Assembly (NCBI GenBank): GCA_964406295.1
Contig: CAYORB010000002.1
Location: 658-64,218 of the forward strand
Length of the DNA: 63,561 nucleotides
Source: an uncultured Candidatus Peribacteria bacterium
Lineage (GTDB): Bacteria > Patescibacteriota > Gracilibacteria > UBA1369 > LOWO2-01-FULL-3
Reading direction: 5' to 3'
Positions 46,085 through 56,350 of this stretch are shown here, one piece after another; position 1 is the first letter of the stretch, and each line of letters starts with the position of its first letter. The notes below the pieces were generated by a model. The model ran no database searches, had not been told where the DNA came from, and saw only the letters and a list, made by a program, of their open reading frames with translations. The position numbers and the translations under genes are program-made.

Positions 46085-47401
46085 ATGAGAAATAGTACAC
46101 AGCAACATGTAGTAGATATAATCAATAGAAGCGAGAGTATTTTAATTCTCCCTTCATCTCCGCTGGACGGTGATTCTTTAGGGGCTTCTATAAGTTTATA
46201 TACAGCACTAAATAAGCTTGGGAAAGCCGTAACTGTGATTTGTAGTGATCCTATTCCTGAAGTTTATCAATTTTTGCCAAACAGTAAGGTGGTGGGGAAT
46301 AAACTGGTATCTTCTAATGATTTCATTATAAGTTTGGATTATGATGAATCCGAGATTAAAGAGATAAAAACTATTATAGAAGATAAACGAGTAAATATAG
46401 TTATAACTCCAAAAAAAGAGAATCAAATTTCTGAAGGAAATATTTCATTTAATAGGGGGGAAATGTCTTATGATTTGATTATAACCGTAGATTGTGCTGA
46501 ATTATCACAACTCCGTTCTATTTATGAAAATAATATTGAGATGTTTCAAAAAATTCCAGTTGTAAATATTGATCATCACATATCAAATGCTCATTATGGG
46601 AAAATTAATCATGTAGATATCATGGCAGCTTCTACAACAGAATTAATTACACCAATGCTTGAGCAATTATCTAAGGAACATGATATGAAATTGATAGATG
46701 AAAATGTTGCAACACTTTTATTAACAGGAATTATAACTGACACAGGTAGTTTCCAAAACGCCAACACAACACCTAAATCATTTGAGGTAGCTTCTGATCT
46801 TATTGCATATGGGGCAAGGCAGCAGGAGATTATTCAATGCATTTATAAAACTAAGCAGCTTAGCCAACTTAAACTATGGGGTAGGGTACTGACAAAAATT
46901 CAAACTGATGAAAAATATCGTGTGGTTTGGTCAGCTCTTAGTCAGCAAGATTTTCGTGATACCGGTAGTGTTGAAGATGAAACTGGTGATATTATAGACG
47001 AATTAATGACTAATGCTCCAGGTGCTGAAATCGTTGTTTTAATGAAAGAGCGTAAAGATTCTAGTATTTCTGTTAGTGTACGTACTACGAGTGCAGCTAT
47101 TGATAGTTCAAAAATTGCTGAACACTTTGGTGGAGGTGGGCATACTCAGGCAGCTGGATTCCGTATTAAAGATATGGATTTAGTAGAAGCGGAATATAAG
47201 GTGGTGGACTATATCAAAGAATTTCAAGCTGAACGTCTTAGATTAGATTTGGAAGAAGATGAAATCCCAACAAAAGTTCAAGCAAAAGTTCAAGCAAAGG
47301 AAGAGGTTAAACCTCAATCTAAGAAAAAAACTAATGGGATTAAACCAAAGACTCCGGTAGAATCACCAAAGTCTAAAGTTTTATATAAATTTGAAAATTA
47401 A
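46085..47401 (+). CDS. DHH/DHHA1 phosphoesterase (NrnA-like oligoribonuclease/pAp phosphatase)
   Basis: PLDGDSLGAS, TVDCA, NIDHHISN and GGGGHTQAAGF motifs. The Lys-rich C-terminal tail contains a tandem KVQAKVQAK. Confidence 0.85.
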   Translation: MRNSTQQHVVDIINRSESILILPSSPLDGDSLGASISLYTALNKLGKAVTVICSDPIPEVYQFLPNSKVVGNKLVSSNDFIISLDYDESEIKEIKTIIEDKRVNIVITPKKENQISEGNISFNRGEMSYDLIITVDCAELSQLRSIYENNIEMFQKIPVVNIDHHISNAHYGKINHVDIMAASTTELITPMLEQLSKEHDMKLIDENVATLLLTGIITDTGSFQNANTTPKSFEVASDLIAYGARQQEIIQCIYKTKQLSQLKLWGRVLTKIQTDEKYRVVWSALSQQDFRDTGSVEDETGDIIDELMTNAPGAEIVVLMKERKDSSISVSVRTTSAAIDSSKIAEHFGGGGHTQAAGFRIKDMDLVEAEYKVVDYIKEFQAERLRLDLEEDEIPTKVQAKVQAKEEVKPQSKKKTNGIKPKTPVESPKSKVLYKFEN

Positions 47402-47405
47402 AATT

Positions 47406-48662
47406 TTAGAGAGTATCTAAAAAATCCATCCAATAGATAATTTCTGCTACTTGGCCTCTTGTTAATAGGTCATCTGGTTTAATATAAGCTGCAAAAGATA
47501 AATTTTTATTATTCGCAAAATTAACATAAGCTTCATACCATGAAGTTCCAGATTCAAAATTGACGACATTATATGCTTTCAGTATGATTTTTAGACCTTC
47601 AGCATAGTTTATAAAATCTCCAGGTTTAAAATTACCACTTGCATGTCCGTTCACAATGCCATGAGCTTTAGCAAAACAAATAAATTCTGTATACCATAAG
47701 TTTGCTTCAACATCAGGAAAACATTTCGTTTCATTACTTGCAAAAGGGGCATATGAATCTTGGCTATTTAAAGCTGCCACAATAATTTTTGTAAACTCTG
47801 CTCTATTGATTTTTTCATCAGGTCTATATGTTCCGTCATCATAACCTTTAACAATATTTGAATGTTCTACATAACGTATGGCATCTTTATATTTATAAGT
47901 TTTTGTATCATCAAATTTAGAAGGTAAAACTACACATAAATTATTTTCCACCTCATCTTCAGTACAGCTTGCAAACACACCAAATTGACAAATCGGAAGG
48001 TAACCTTCGCCAGGAATTGTTGGTGCAGATCCTACAACCCCACCCAAACGAGTTTGGCAATTTTCAATAAAAGCTGTGTCATCACTATCTATACTTCCAC
48101 AATCACCGCTTAAAATTTCTTTATTATCACATTCTTTTTCATCAAAAACACAGGAGAATAATTGCTCATTTGTAACTTCATGTCTTGTAATTAAGGAAGA
48201 ACCACCAAGCACAGAGCAGCGTGATTTGGCAGTATCCCAAGCATCTTCTACTTCACAATTTTCTCCAGCAATATCTTGTTGATCACATTCACCTAGCTCA
48301 CCAAAATCACAATAAACTTCTCTTTCTCCAGTAGATTCATTAACAATTCTTTCTTTCGCATTGCCTCCAAGCTCAGAACAAGATTTCAATGTTTCTACTT
48401 CTTTATTTGATTTGATTGGACAATTGCCATTAATTAGTTGGTTTTCTCCACAATCAGAAGATCCTGCAAAATAACAAACCATTTCATAAACACCACTAAT
48501 TGCTGCCAGTTCAAAATATTCATGACCACCAAGTTCATGACAAATTTCTACTGCACGAGTTTGTTGTTCACTGTATTCATGTGGCTTTAAAGCTAAAGCC
48601 AATGCCGAGCTACTTAACACTAACACAAGAGCGAGGGAAGCTCTCAAAATTAGATTTTTCAT
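47406..48662 (-). CDS. secreted protein with four tandem DUF333-like 4-Cys modules and three C-terminal SLH domains
   Basis: Signal peptide. The pattern C-x2-LGG-x(12-17)-C-x-F-x(4-5)-C-x(7-9)-C occurs four times (CHELGG.., CSELGG.., CSVLGG.., CQTRLGG..). These are followed by SLH repeats (KDAIRYVEHSNIVKGYDDGTYRPDEKINRAEFTKIIV, and others). Confidence 0.8.
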   Translation of the reverse strand: MKNLILRASLALVLVLSSSALALALKPHEYSEQQTRAVEICHELGGHEYFELAAISGVYEMVCYFAGSSDCGENQLINGNCPIKSNKEVETLKSCSELGGNAKERIVNESTGEREVYCDFGELGECDQQDIAGENCEVEDAWDTAKSRCSVLGGSSLITRHEVTNEQLFSCVFDEKECDNKEILSGDCGSIDSDDTAFIENCQTRLGGVVGSAPTIPGEGYLPICQFGVFASCTEDEVENNLCVVLPSKFDDTKTYKYKDAIRYVEHSNIVKGYDDGTYRPDEKINRAEFTKIIVAALNSQDSYAPFASNETKCFPDVEANLWYTEFICFAKAHGIVNGHASGNFKPGDFINYAEGLKIILKAYNVVNFESGTSWYEAYVNFANNKNLSFAAYIKPDDLLTRGQVAEIIYWMDFLDTL

Positions 48663-48691
48663 AGGAAAGACGTTAAATATTTATAAAAAAA

Positions 48692-49438
48692 TTAAAGTTG
48701 ATTCATTATATCTTCTGAAATATCAAAATTACTATATACATTTGAAACATCATCATCATCTTCCAGAGCTTCAAGTAGTTTTAAAACTTTTCTAGCTTTT
48801 TCCACAGTATCTATATCAACAGGATTTTTAGCTATATAAGTGATTGATGCGTTTTCAATTTCAAAACCAGTTTTTTCCAAATTATCTCTAACAGCCATCA
48901 AATCATTAGGTGAAGTAATGATTTCAAACACAGAATTTTCAACACTAAAATCCTCAGCTCCAGCATCGATTACTTCCAATTCCGCTTCATCTTGATCTTT
49001 GTCACCAGCCTTAGCGATAATCATTCCTTTTTTATCAAACATCCAAGCCACAGCACCAGCTCCTCCCATATTACCACCATTTTTCGTAAAAACAGTTTTC
49101 ACACTAGCCACACTACGATTTTTATTATCAGTAATCACTTCAACCAAAACAGCAGTACCTTCAGGTCCCATTCCTTCATACATAGCTTCAACATAAACTG
49201 CACCATCTTTATCTTGACCTGAACCTTTTTTAACAGCTTTATCTATATTAGAGTTTGGAACATTATCAGCTTTCGCATTAGCAATAGCTGAACGCAAAGC
49301 AGGATTCATATTAACATCAGCACCACCACGAGCTGCAATCGCTATTAGTTTCGCATGTTTAGTGAAAATCTTTCCACGTTTAGCATCAGCCGCGCCTTTC
49401 TTATGTTTAATCGAGTGCCATTTCGAGTGTCCAGACAT
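48692..49438 (-). CDS. yebC: YebC/PmpR-family transcriptional regulator
   Basis: MSGHSKWHSIKHKKGAADAKRGKIFTKHAKLI is a family-diagnostic N-terminus. Confidence 0.93.
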   Translation of the reverse strand: MSGHSKWHSIKHKKGAADAKRGKIFTKHAKLIAIAARGGADVNMNPALRSAIANAKADNVPNSNIDKAVKKGSGQDKDGAVYVEAMYEGMGPEGTAVLVEVITDNKNRSVASVKTVFTKNGGNMGGAGAVAWMFDKKGMIIAKAGDKDQDEAELEVIDAGAEDFSVENSVFEIITSPNDLMAVRDNLEKTGFEIENASITYIAKNPVDIDTVEKARKVLKLLEALEDDDDVSNVYSNFDISEDIMNQL

Positions 49439-49473
49439 AAATTAAATTTAAAATATTCCCAAAGATTATAAAC

Positions 49474-50391
49474 CTAAGACTTTCTTTTTGCAAAGATCCT
49501 CTGCATAGGAATCAATCCTATACACCAGGCAACTTCATAGAGAACAGTGAGCAGAACAGTAGTGGAATCAAAATACTGAGTAGCAATCACAATAGCTAAT
49601 CCAACATTTGAATAAGCCATTACAACAATACTAACAACTAAATCATCACGATTTTTCAGATAAGGAAGTGCAGCAAATAAATGGAAAAATAGAGACAGTC
49701 CTATAACAATAAGGGTACTAAATAAAGCAGTTTTAGGATCTCCAACCAGTTCTTTTGAATAAGGAGCAATAGCAACCATCATAAAAATAAAAAGATCAAT
49801 ACTGATAATACTTGCAGCATATTTACTAACATTTTTACAAAATTTTGGTGTGAAAAACTCTAAAACTAGAGCTATCAAAAATGGGATAAAAACCATTCCG
49901 AACAAGAACAGGAACATAGATATAATATCGAAACTCACTTCTGAGCCAAGTGTGTAATGGAAAAGTAAGGGTAGGGAAAAAGGCACCAAAAGATTAGTAA
50001 GAATAGCTAAAACCAGACCGACTTTCACATCACCTCTGAATAAAATCAATAAACCAGGAGTGGCTACAGCTGCAGGTATAGCCGCCAAAAGCATCATACC
50101 TGGTAAGTATTGAGGTGGAAGAAATTGTCCTAAGAAAAAAACAATCAAAGGTAAAACCAATAATTTATTCAAAGTTAATACAGTGATAAATTTTGCTCTT
50201 CGGAAATCTTTTATGAATTCCAAAAGATTTATTTTGATCATTGACACCAAAAGTAGAATAAAAAGACCTAGTATAATAACTTTATCCGCAATATTAGACA
50301 AGTCAACAAATTGTCCCATCACCAACCCCATTGCTATCCCAAAAGAAGCTAAAATACCAAAATGATTTTCAAAGAATTTAAGTAATTTCAT
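49474..50391 (-). CDS. polytopic transporter, bile acid:sodium symporter (BASS/SBF)-like
   Basis: 305 aa with about 9-10 TM segments. The family call rests on size and topology plus weak motif resemblance only. Confidence 0.45.
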   Translation of the reverse strand: MKLLKFFENHFGILASFGIAMGLVMGQFVDLSNIADKVIILGLFILLLVSMIKINLLEFIKDFRRAKFITVLTLNKLLVLPLIVFFLGQFLPPQYLPGMMLLAAIPAAVATPGLLILFRGDVKVGLVLAILTNLLVPFSLPLLFHYTLGSEVSFDIISMFLFLFGMVFIPFLIALVLEFFTPKFCKNVSKYAASIISIDLFIFMMVAIAPYSKELVGDPKTALFSTLIVIGLSLFFHLFAALPYLKNRDDLVVSIVVMAYSNVGLAIVIATQYFDSTTVLLTVLYEVAWCIGLIPMQRIFAKRKS

Positions 50392-51566
50392 TATATATGA
50401 TTTTTAACAGCATCAGCTATTGCTTCGCACACGCCTTTTTCGAATACTCCAGGTATGATTTTCTCTGCTGTAGGAGATGGAACCAGTGCTGCCAACTGTT
50501 CAGCAGCAGCTAACTTCATTTTAATATTGATTTCTGAACATCGGGCATCTAAAGCCCCACGAAAAATCCCAGGAAATACTAAAACATTATTAATTTGATT
50601 TGGATAATCTGACCTACCTGTTGCCACAATTGCAGCACCAGCAGATTTTGCAAGAGCAGGATCAATTTCAGGATTAGGATTAGACATAGCAAAAATAATC
50701 GCTCCTTCGTTCATAGATTTAACCATTTCTTCACTTACAATATCAGACTGAGAAACTCCAATAAAAATATCAGCAGACACCATAGCTTCAGCCAATCCAC
50801 CGTTAATCATTTCACGATTAGTAACTTTCACAATCTCCTCTTTAGCACGGTTTAAATTTTCACGGCCTTCATATAAAAGTCCTTTGCTATCCTGTAAAAT
50901 AAGATTTTTAAAACCGTATTCCAAAAATAATTTACTAATAGCAATACCAGCCGCACCAGCACCACTAATCACAACTTTCACTTCTTTTTTATTTTTCCCA
51001 ACTAATTTCAAAGAATTTATAATACCAGCTAAACAAACAATGGCTGTTCCATATTGATCATCATGAAAAACAGGTATATCCAAAGCTTCAATTAAACGTT
51101 TTTCAATCTCAAAACAACGCGGTGCAGAAATATCTTCAAGATTAATACCACCAAAAGATGGTGCCAATGCTTTTACAATTTGTACGATTTCTTCAGGATC
51201 TTGAGTATCCAAACAAATTGGAATCGCATCAACTCCTCCAAATTCCTTAAACAAAGCACATTTCCCTTCCATCACAGGCATCCCAGCCAATCCACCTATA
51301 TTTCCTAAACCAAGAACAGCTGATCCATCACTAATAACTGCAACAGTATTTCCACGGCTAGTATATTCATAAGATAATTCAGGATTTTTAGCAATTTTTC
51401 GGCAAGGTTCGGCCACTCCAGGCGTATAATAAAGACTTAAATCATCCTTAGTTTTCATTGGAACTTTTAGACCGGTTTCTAATTTTCCTTTATATTTTTT
51501 ATGTGCTTCAAGCGCACGTTGATTAATATCATTCATAATTTGGTGGGGTATCAGGTGGTATAACAT
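50391..51566 (-). CDS. NAD(P)-dependent malic enzyme (short form)
   Basis: YYTPGVAEPCRKIA, VAVISDGSAVLGLGNIG, PVMEGKCALFKEFGGVDA and a GAGAAGIA Rossmann motif. The probable start is the ATG at 51536 (MNDINQ). Confidence 0.9.
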   Translation of the reverse strand: MLYHLIPHQIMNDINQRALEAHKKYKGKLETGLKVPMKTKDDLSLYYTPGVAEPCRKIAKNPELSYEYTSRGNTVAVISDGSAVLGLGNIGGLAGMPVMEGKCALFKEFGGVDAIPICLDTQDPEEIVQIVKALAPSFGGINLEDISAPRCFEIEKRLIEALDIPVFHDDQYGTAIVCLAGIINSLKLVGKNKKEVKVVISGAGAAGIAISKLFLEYGFKNLILQDSKGLLYEGRENLNRAKEEIVKVTNREMINGGLAEAMVSADIFIGVSQSDIVSEEMVKSMNEGAIIFAMSNPNPEIDPALAKSAGAAIVATGRSDYPNQINNVLVFPGIFRGALDARCSEINIKMKLAAAEQLAALVPSPTAEKIIPGVFEKGVCEAIADAVKNHI

Positions 51567-51774
51567 TAGGTTCAGAAGTAGGGAAAACTCCGGATGTTCC
51601 AGGATTTACAGTAACAACCCCTTTTGAATCACCGATCAAAATCGATTCCAATAAATCATCAGTGCCAAACAAAAAAGACATCACAAAACTGGCAATAGCA
51701 ACCGCAATCACAATCAAAGCAGCAATCACAACCGGAAAATAACTATTTTCATCTCCATTTTGATAATTAGGCAT
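51529..51774 (-). CDS. small single-pass membrane protein (81 aa)
   Basis: One TM (FPVVIAALIVIAVAIASFVMSFLF). It sits in series between the SLH gene and the malic enzyme gene. No family recognised. Confidence 0.45.
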   Translation of the reverse strand: MPNYQNGDENSYFPVVIAALIVIAVAIASFVMSFLFGTDDLLESILIGDSKGVVTVNPGTSGVFPTSEPNVIPPDTPPNYE

Positions 51775-51783
51775 TTATAAGGG

Positions 51784-53103
51784 TTAAAAAGCTGTCGTTT
51801 CACCTGCTCGTGTATCCAATATAACATCAGAAGCACGCTCATACTTTATAGTATAATCCAAAACATCGCTATAATAATAATCAACAGGTCCCGTCCCAAC
51901 ACCTATAGTATCGGTTTCAATAATTAACTTATTTGGCAGCATATTAACTATATCCATACCTTTATTTTCAACTAAAACATGTTCGAAAATCTTGCTCATC
52001 AATCCACTGTAATCTTCTTGAGGGACAACAGGAAGTTCAACATAATCTAGAGAGGAAAGCATTGTTTTCATGAATTGCTGCAATTGGAAGCCGAGTATAC
52101 CATCTCCGTATTCAGTATAAACAACAAGCACATCACCATTATTCAAGTAAATATACCAGTCTACAACTCTTTCCTCAGGGTAAAGGATTTCCAAAGCATC
52201 AAAAGCACCAAATTTAAATTCCTTATACTCAGCATTCGCAAAAGCCGTACGTATATTTTCAAAATATTGTAGAGATTCCAATTCCAAGTTGTTTTCATCC
52301 AGATTTACTCTCAATACAGCAGAATTCGGATATACTCTAGCATCAGAAAATTGTAAAAACTCACGATCCGGTTTAAAGAAAATGATCTCATTTTTTTCTT
52401 CAATAATCTCCCAATCTTTCGGTGCAAATTTTATTTTAAAAGGCAGAATATCGCTCTCATAATAATCCCAATTTCTTTCAATCGGGAAAGGAGTTTCATT
52501 ATTCTCAACTACAATTAACATCCTATATAAAAGTTCAGCAAAAGCAGATCTTGTCATAGCCTGATCAGGATGTACAGCACCATAATCATCAGAAAAAACC
52601 ATATTATGATTACGTGCATAATAAAAATACGGCGCAAACCAATCATCTAGTTCAACATCAGTAAAAAACATTTCATCAATATCTCCAGTCAAAGTTTTAC
52701 CTGAAGCCATGAGCATCATTTTTAAACTTTCAGACATATTTACAGTATCAGCAGGTTTAAAACTACCATCAGGATAGCCATCTATAATAGAATTCATATT
52801 TGCACCCATTACATACTCAAAATACCAAGACCCCAGTTCAACATCTGGAAATTTTGCAGTATAACTAGCTGAATGATCTATTTCAAAAGCTTCAACAATC
52901 ATTTTCAAAGCCTCTGCTCTATTTACCAAATTGTCAGGACCAAAAGTTCCATCAGGATAGCCATTGATAATATCTCTATCATCTAAAAACTCTATAGCAT
53001 AATAATTACCGTGATCCTCAGCTACATCAGGAAAAGATCCGGTTGCATAAGCCGAGCCGGAACTTAAGACGAAAATAACAAAGAATGATAAGAACTTTTT
53101 CAT
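51784..53103 (-). CDS. secreted protein with three N-terminal SLH domains
   Basis: Signal peptide MKKFLSFFVIFVLSSGSAYA, then FPDVAEDHGNYYAIEFLDDRDIINGYPDGTFGPDNLVNRAEALKMIV, FPDVELGSWYFEYVMGANMNSIIDGYPDGSFKP and FTDVELDDWFAPYFYYARNHNMVF. Confidence 0.85.
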   Translation of the reverse strand: MKKFLSFFVIFVLSSGSAYATGSFPDVAEDHGNYYAIEFLDDRDIINGYPDGTFGPDNLVNRAEALKMIVEAFEIDHSASYTAKFPDVELGSWYFEYVMGANMNSIIDGYPDGSFKPADTVNMSESLKMMLMASGKTLTGDIDEMFFTDVELDDWFAPYFYYARNHNMVFSDDYGAVHPDQAMTRSAFAELLYRMLIVVENNETPFPIERNWDYYESDILPFKIKFAPKDWEIIEEKNEIIFFKPDREFLQFSDARVYPNSAVLRVNLDENNLELESLQYFENIRTAFANAEYKEFKFGAFDALEILYPEERVVDWYIYLNNGDVLVVYTEYGDGILGFQLQQFMKTMLSSLDYVELPVVPQEDYSGLMSKIFEHVLVENKGMDIVNMLPNKLIIETDTIGVGTGPVDYYYSDVLDYTIKYERASDVILDTRAGETTAF

Positions 53104-53132
53104 AGTAAAAACAATATAACATAGACCAAGAT

Positions 53133-54449
53133 CTATGAATATATCAACTCACCAGGAGTATATCTATCTAAATCATCTTCACCAATAAGTTCTATAAGCC
53201 TTTCCACCACCTCATCAAATTCCACTGTTTCTTGTATACCTTTTTCCATATCACGAATAATAGCTGTGCCTTCCCTAACCTCAGTGATTCCTATCAAAAC
53301 AGTATACGGAACCTTGAATTTATTAGCCAATCTCAATTGAACATTGATAGATCCTTTTCCTAAAGCTCCCATACTTCTGAGACCGGCATTCCGCATATCA
53401 CTAATCAGAGGTAGACATTTTCTCTTAGCTTCTTTACCCAGTTGAGCTACAAAAACATGCAAATCATCTTTATGAGGTACTTTGATTTTCGCTCTTTTCA
53501 TATTCGCAATTAATCTCTCAACACCAGCAGAAAATCCCATACCTTCTGTAGGTTGTCCACCAAGCATCTCTGCCAAACTATCGTAACGACCACCACCACC
53601 TATGGCATTTTGAGAACCTTTTTCCTTATCCCAAAACTCAAAAACTGTTCTTGAATAATAATCTAAACCACGCACCAAACGACTATTTTCTACATACTCA
53701 ATCCCAAGTTCATCCAAATACCCTTTCAATTCTTCATGATGAGCAAGCGAATCAGCATCTAAATAATCTTTCATATGCGGCGCCAATTCAGCTAAAATCT
53801 GACAATCTTCTTCCTTACAATCCAGCAATCTCAAAGGATTTTTATCTAATCTATGTTTACAAGTCTCACATAAAGATCTTTCCTTACCAACATAATAATC
53901 TTGCAATACTTGCATATATTTTTTCCTATCTTCACTTGTACCAATAGTATTTAGCTGCAATGTGAAAATATCATCAACACCAAGATCCATATTAATTCTA
54001 TGAGCCAAATGTATAACTTGCGCATCCAAAGCAGGATCATTTTCACCAAGTACTTCCAAACCAAACTGCCAAAATTGTCTATATCTGCCTTTTTGAGGTC
54101 TATCGTATCTAAAATGAGGTTCAAAATAATATAACATCACAGGTTGAGGCAATTGACTCATGCCATGTTGAATATAACTACGAACAACACCAGCGGTTCC
54201 TTCAGGTTTTAGTGTAAGGCTACGTCCTTTTTGATCCTCAAAAGTATACATTTCTTTTGAAACAATATCAGAAGTATCACCAATCGTACGTTTAAAAACA
54301 TCAGTGAACTCAAAAACAGGTGTACTAATACGACGAAAACCAGCTTGTCTAGCCCTATGTCTAACTACTTTTTTGATAAATGTATAGTAATCATGATCAT
54401 CCGGAAGAATATCATGAACTCCTTTTGCTGTGCGAAACACTTCTGACAT
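53133..54449 (-). CDS. hisS: histidyl-tRNA synthetase
   Basis: GVHDILPDD, class II motifs (MYTFEDQKGRSLTLKPEGT; FRYDRPQKGRYRQFWQFG; GGGGRYD) and a C-terminal anticodon-binding domain. Confidence 0.94.
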   Translation of the reverse strand: MSEVFRTAKGVHDILPDDHDYYTFIKKVVRHRARQAGFRRISTPVFEFTDVFKRTIGDTSDIVSKEMYTFEDQKGRSLTLKPEGTAGVVRSYIQHGMSQLPQPVMLYYFEPHFRYDRPQKGRYRQFWQFGLEVLGENDPALDAQVIHLAHRINMDLGVDDIFTLQLNTIGTSEDRKKYMQVLQDYYVGKERSLCETCKHRLDKNPLRLLDCKEEDCQILAELAPHMKDYLDADSLAHHEELKGYLDELGIEYVENSRLVRGLDYYSRTVFEFWDKEKGSQNAIGGGGRYDSLAEMLGGQPTEGMGFSAGVERLIANMKRAKIKVPHKDDLHVFVAQLGKEAKRKCLPLISDMRNAGLRSMGALGKGSINVQLRLANKFKVPYTVLIGITEVREGTAIIRDMEKGIQETVEFDEVVERLIELIGEDDLDRYTPGELIYS

Positions 54450-54545
54450 AAACTAGATTGAATAAATACAACTAAACAAACACACTGGATAATACTTTAC
54501 CACTTTTCCGCTTATTATCAAGGAGAAGAAATTTTCTTACTCAGA

Positions 54546-55232
54546 TTAATTACTAATATCAGCTCTTGCTCTTGCACCATTAATAGCTTCTTCCAAATCT
54601 CTAGCAGCACCAGCAACTATACGAGTAGCCCTCAGGTTCCCAGTATCATGAGGCTGTACAGGAGTCTCAATAAAAGGTAATTTTTCATGATTTACTACTG
54701 AACCTTCTTTAATTTCTCCTACAAGCACTCCATCCGCACCTATTTCTATACCAGCAAAATCTGTAACATCACCACCTGGCGCAAAGGTTTCAACCATGGC
54801 TCTACCTGTAAGATTTCCTGTATCAAATGATACTTCAACAATACGTCCTCCCAACGGTCCTCCCAATGGTCCCTCCAAAAGATCTCCATCTAAATCCATA
54901 TCACTTGCCGCAGTTTGACAACTAATATCAACTCCAGGTTCAGTTGTAGATTTCATTCGACATTTTGTGACTACACTATGAATAATGACACGAACAGTAT
55001 CACCACTAATTTCAACCTCTCCATTTCCTAGATTAGTAACCATAGCTTGAACTCCAGCACCTATAGTACCAGCAACATTCGTATCTTCAATATTAACTGG
55101 AGGCAACATATCATCCTCTTCCACTCCACATCCTTGTGACATTGCAAATGCAGATAATAATAGTAAAGGTGTAGGTAATTCTTTTAATACTTTTGGTGAG
55201 TTCATAATAAGTATATTATTTTTTAAGCCCAC
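54546..55232 (-). CDS. probable lipoprotein or secreted orphan protein
   Basis: Hydrophobic leader ending AMSQGC (the likely start is the ATG at 55205). Gly-rich beta-looking body with a tandem GPLGGPLGG. Confidence 0.6.
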   Translation of the reverse strand: MGLKNNILIMNSPKVLKELPTPLLLLSAFAMSQGCGVEEDDMLPPVNIEDTNVAGTIGAGVQAMVTNLGNGEVEISGDTVRVIIHSVVTKCRMKSTTEPGVDISCQTAASDMDLDGDLLEGPLGGPLGGRIVEVSFDTGNLTGRAMVETFAPGGDVTDFAGIEIGADGVLVGEIKEGSVVNHEKLPFIETPVQPHDTGNLRATRIVAGAARDLEEAINGARARADISN

Positions 55233-55326
55233 AATTAAACACTTTTAAAGAGGATTGTCAAACTTTTGCCATGTTTTGGCTTATTGCTGGTCGAAATCTA
55301 ATTTTATTCATCCCCGGGGATGAGTC

Positions 55327-56331
55327 CTAAATCTCAAAACTACTTTCTGGAGTGACGTTCTGGCTTTTGGGAAGGGTTTCTGGTACTTCGCGTTGTAGGA
55401 AATATCCAGCACAAGCTATCATCGCTGCATTATCTGTGCAGTATTTTATTGATTTTGGGAATCTAAATTTAAAATTTGAAGGCAATCTTTCAATAATAAC
55501 CTCTCTTAAGCGAAGATTTGCTGAAACACCACCTACTAAATGCACCTCTTTTATTCCAGGATATTTTTCTATCGCTCGCATCAATTTACCAGCTAATACA
55601 TCCACAACCGCTTCTTGAAAACTGGCAGCAACATCAGCTTTATCAGCGTCTTTGTTTTTTGTGATTAAATCTAAAACAGAAGTTTTTAAACCTGAAAAAC
55701 TAAAATCTAAGCTGTCTTTATCCAACCAGGCTCTGGGCAATTTAAAAGCATTTTTATCACCATTCTCAGCTAATTTTGCGATCTCTGGTCCTCCTGGGTA
55801 TCTCAAGCCAAGCAATCTAGCTACTTTATCAAAAGCTTCACCAGCAGCATCGTCTCTTGTTTCACCCAAAACTTCAAAATCACCATGTCCTCGCATTAAA
55901 ACCAATTCATTATGCCCTCCCGACACAGTTAAAAGCAAAATAGGAAACTCAGGCTCCTCATCTATAGCAAGCCAAGTGGAGTACATATGTCCAATTATAT
56001 GTTGCACTGGAATGAGCTTTTTATTTTTTACATGGGCAATAACAGAAGCAGTTTCAGTGCCTATTATGAGGGAAGAGATCAGTCCAGGACCTTTTGTGAC
56101 AGCTAAAGCGTCAATATCATCCCATTTGCAATTGGCTTCTTTTAGGCATTCATCTAAAACCGGGATCATTTTTAAAACATGTTCTCGGGCTGCAACTTCA
56201 GGCACAACTCCGCCTGTTTTTGCGTGGATATCGATTTGAGAAGAAATTGTATTTGCCAAAACTTTTTGACCGTCTTCTACGATAGCAGCTGCCGTTTCGT
56301 CACAAGATGTTTCTATAGATAGAATTTTCAT
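55327..56331 (-). CDS. tsaD: tRNA N6-adenosine threonylcarbamoyltransferase
   Basis: MKILSIETSCDETAAAIV..., HIIGHMY and the Kae1/TsaD ASKHA-fold pattern GGVSAN. Confidence 0.94.
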   Translation of the reverse strand: MKILSIETSCDETAAAIVEDGQKVLANTISSQIDIHAKTGGVVPEVAAREHVLKMIPVLDECLKEANCKWDDIDALAVTKGPGLISSLIIGTETASVIAHVKNKKLIPVQHIIGHMYSTWLAIDEEPEFPILLLTVSGGHNELVLMRGHGDFEVLGETRDDAAGEAFDKVARLLGLRYPGGPEIAKLAENGDKNAFKLPRAWLDKDSLDFSFSGLKTSVLDLITKNKDADKADVAASFQEAVVDVLAGKLMRAIEKYPGIKEVHLVGGVSANLRLREVIIERLPSNFKFRFPKSIKYCTDNAAMIACAGYFLQREVPETLPKSQNVTPESSFEI

Positions 56332-56350
56332 GAGCTCAGTGTAGTAAAAA

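Noticed and set aside
55652-56239. 195-aa ORF antisense to tsaD; also other antisense ORFs in the track (e.g. 1148..1600, 3728..4039, 8061..8447, 12961..13251, 17125..17388, 58034..58738)
   Set aside because: Each lies fully inside a longer ORF on the opposite strand that has clear homology or a coherent domain structure. Their translations are low complexity or S/P/I/F-rich shadow frames.
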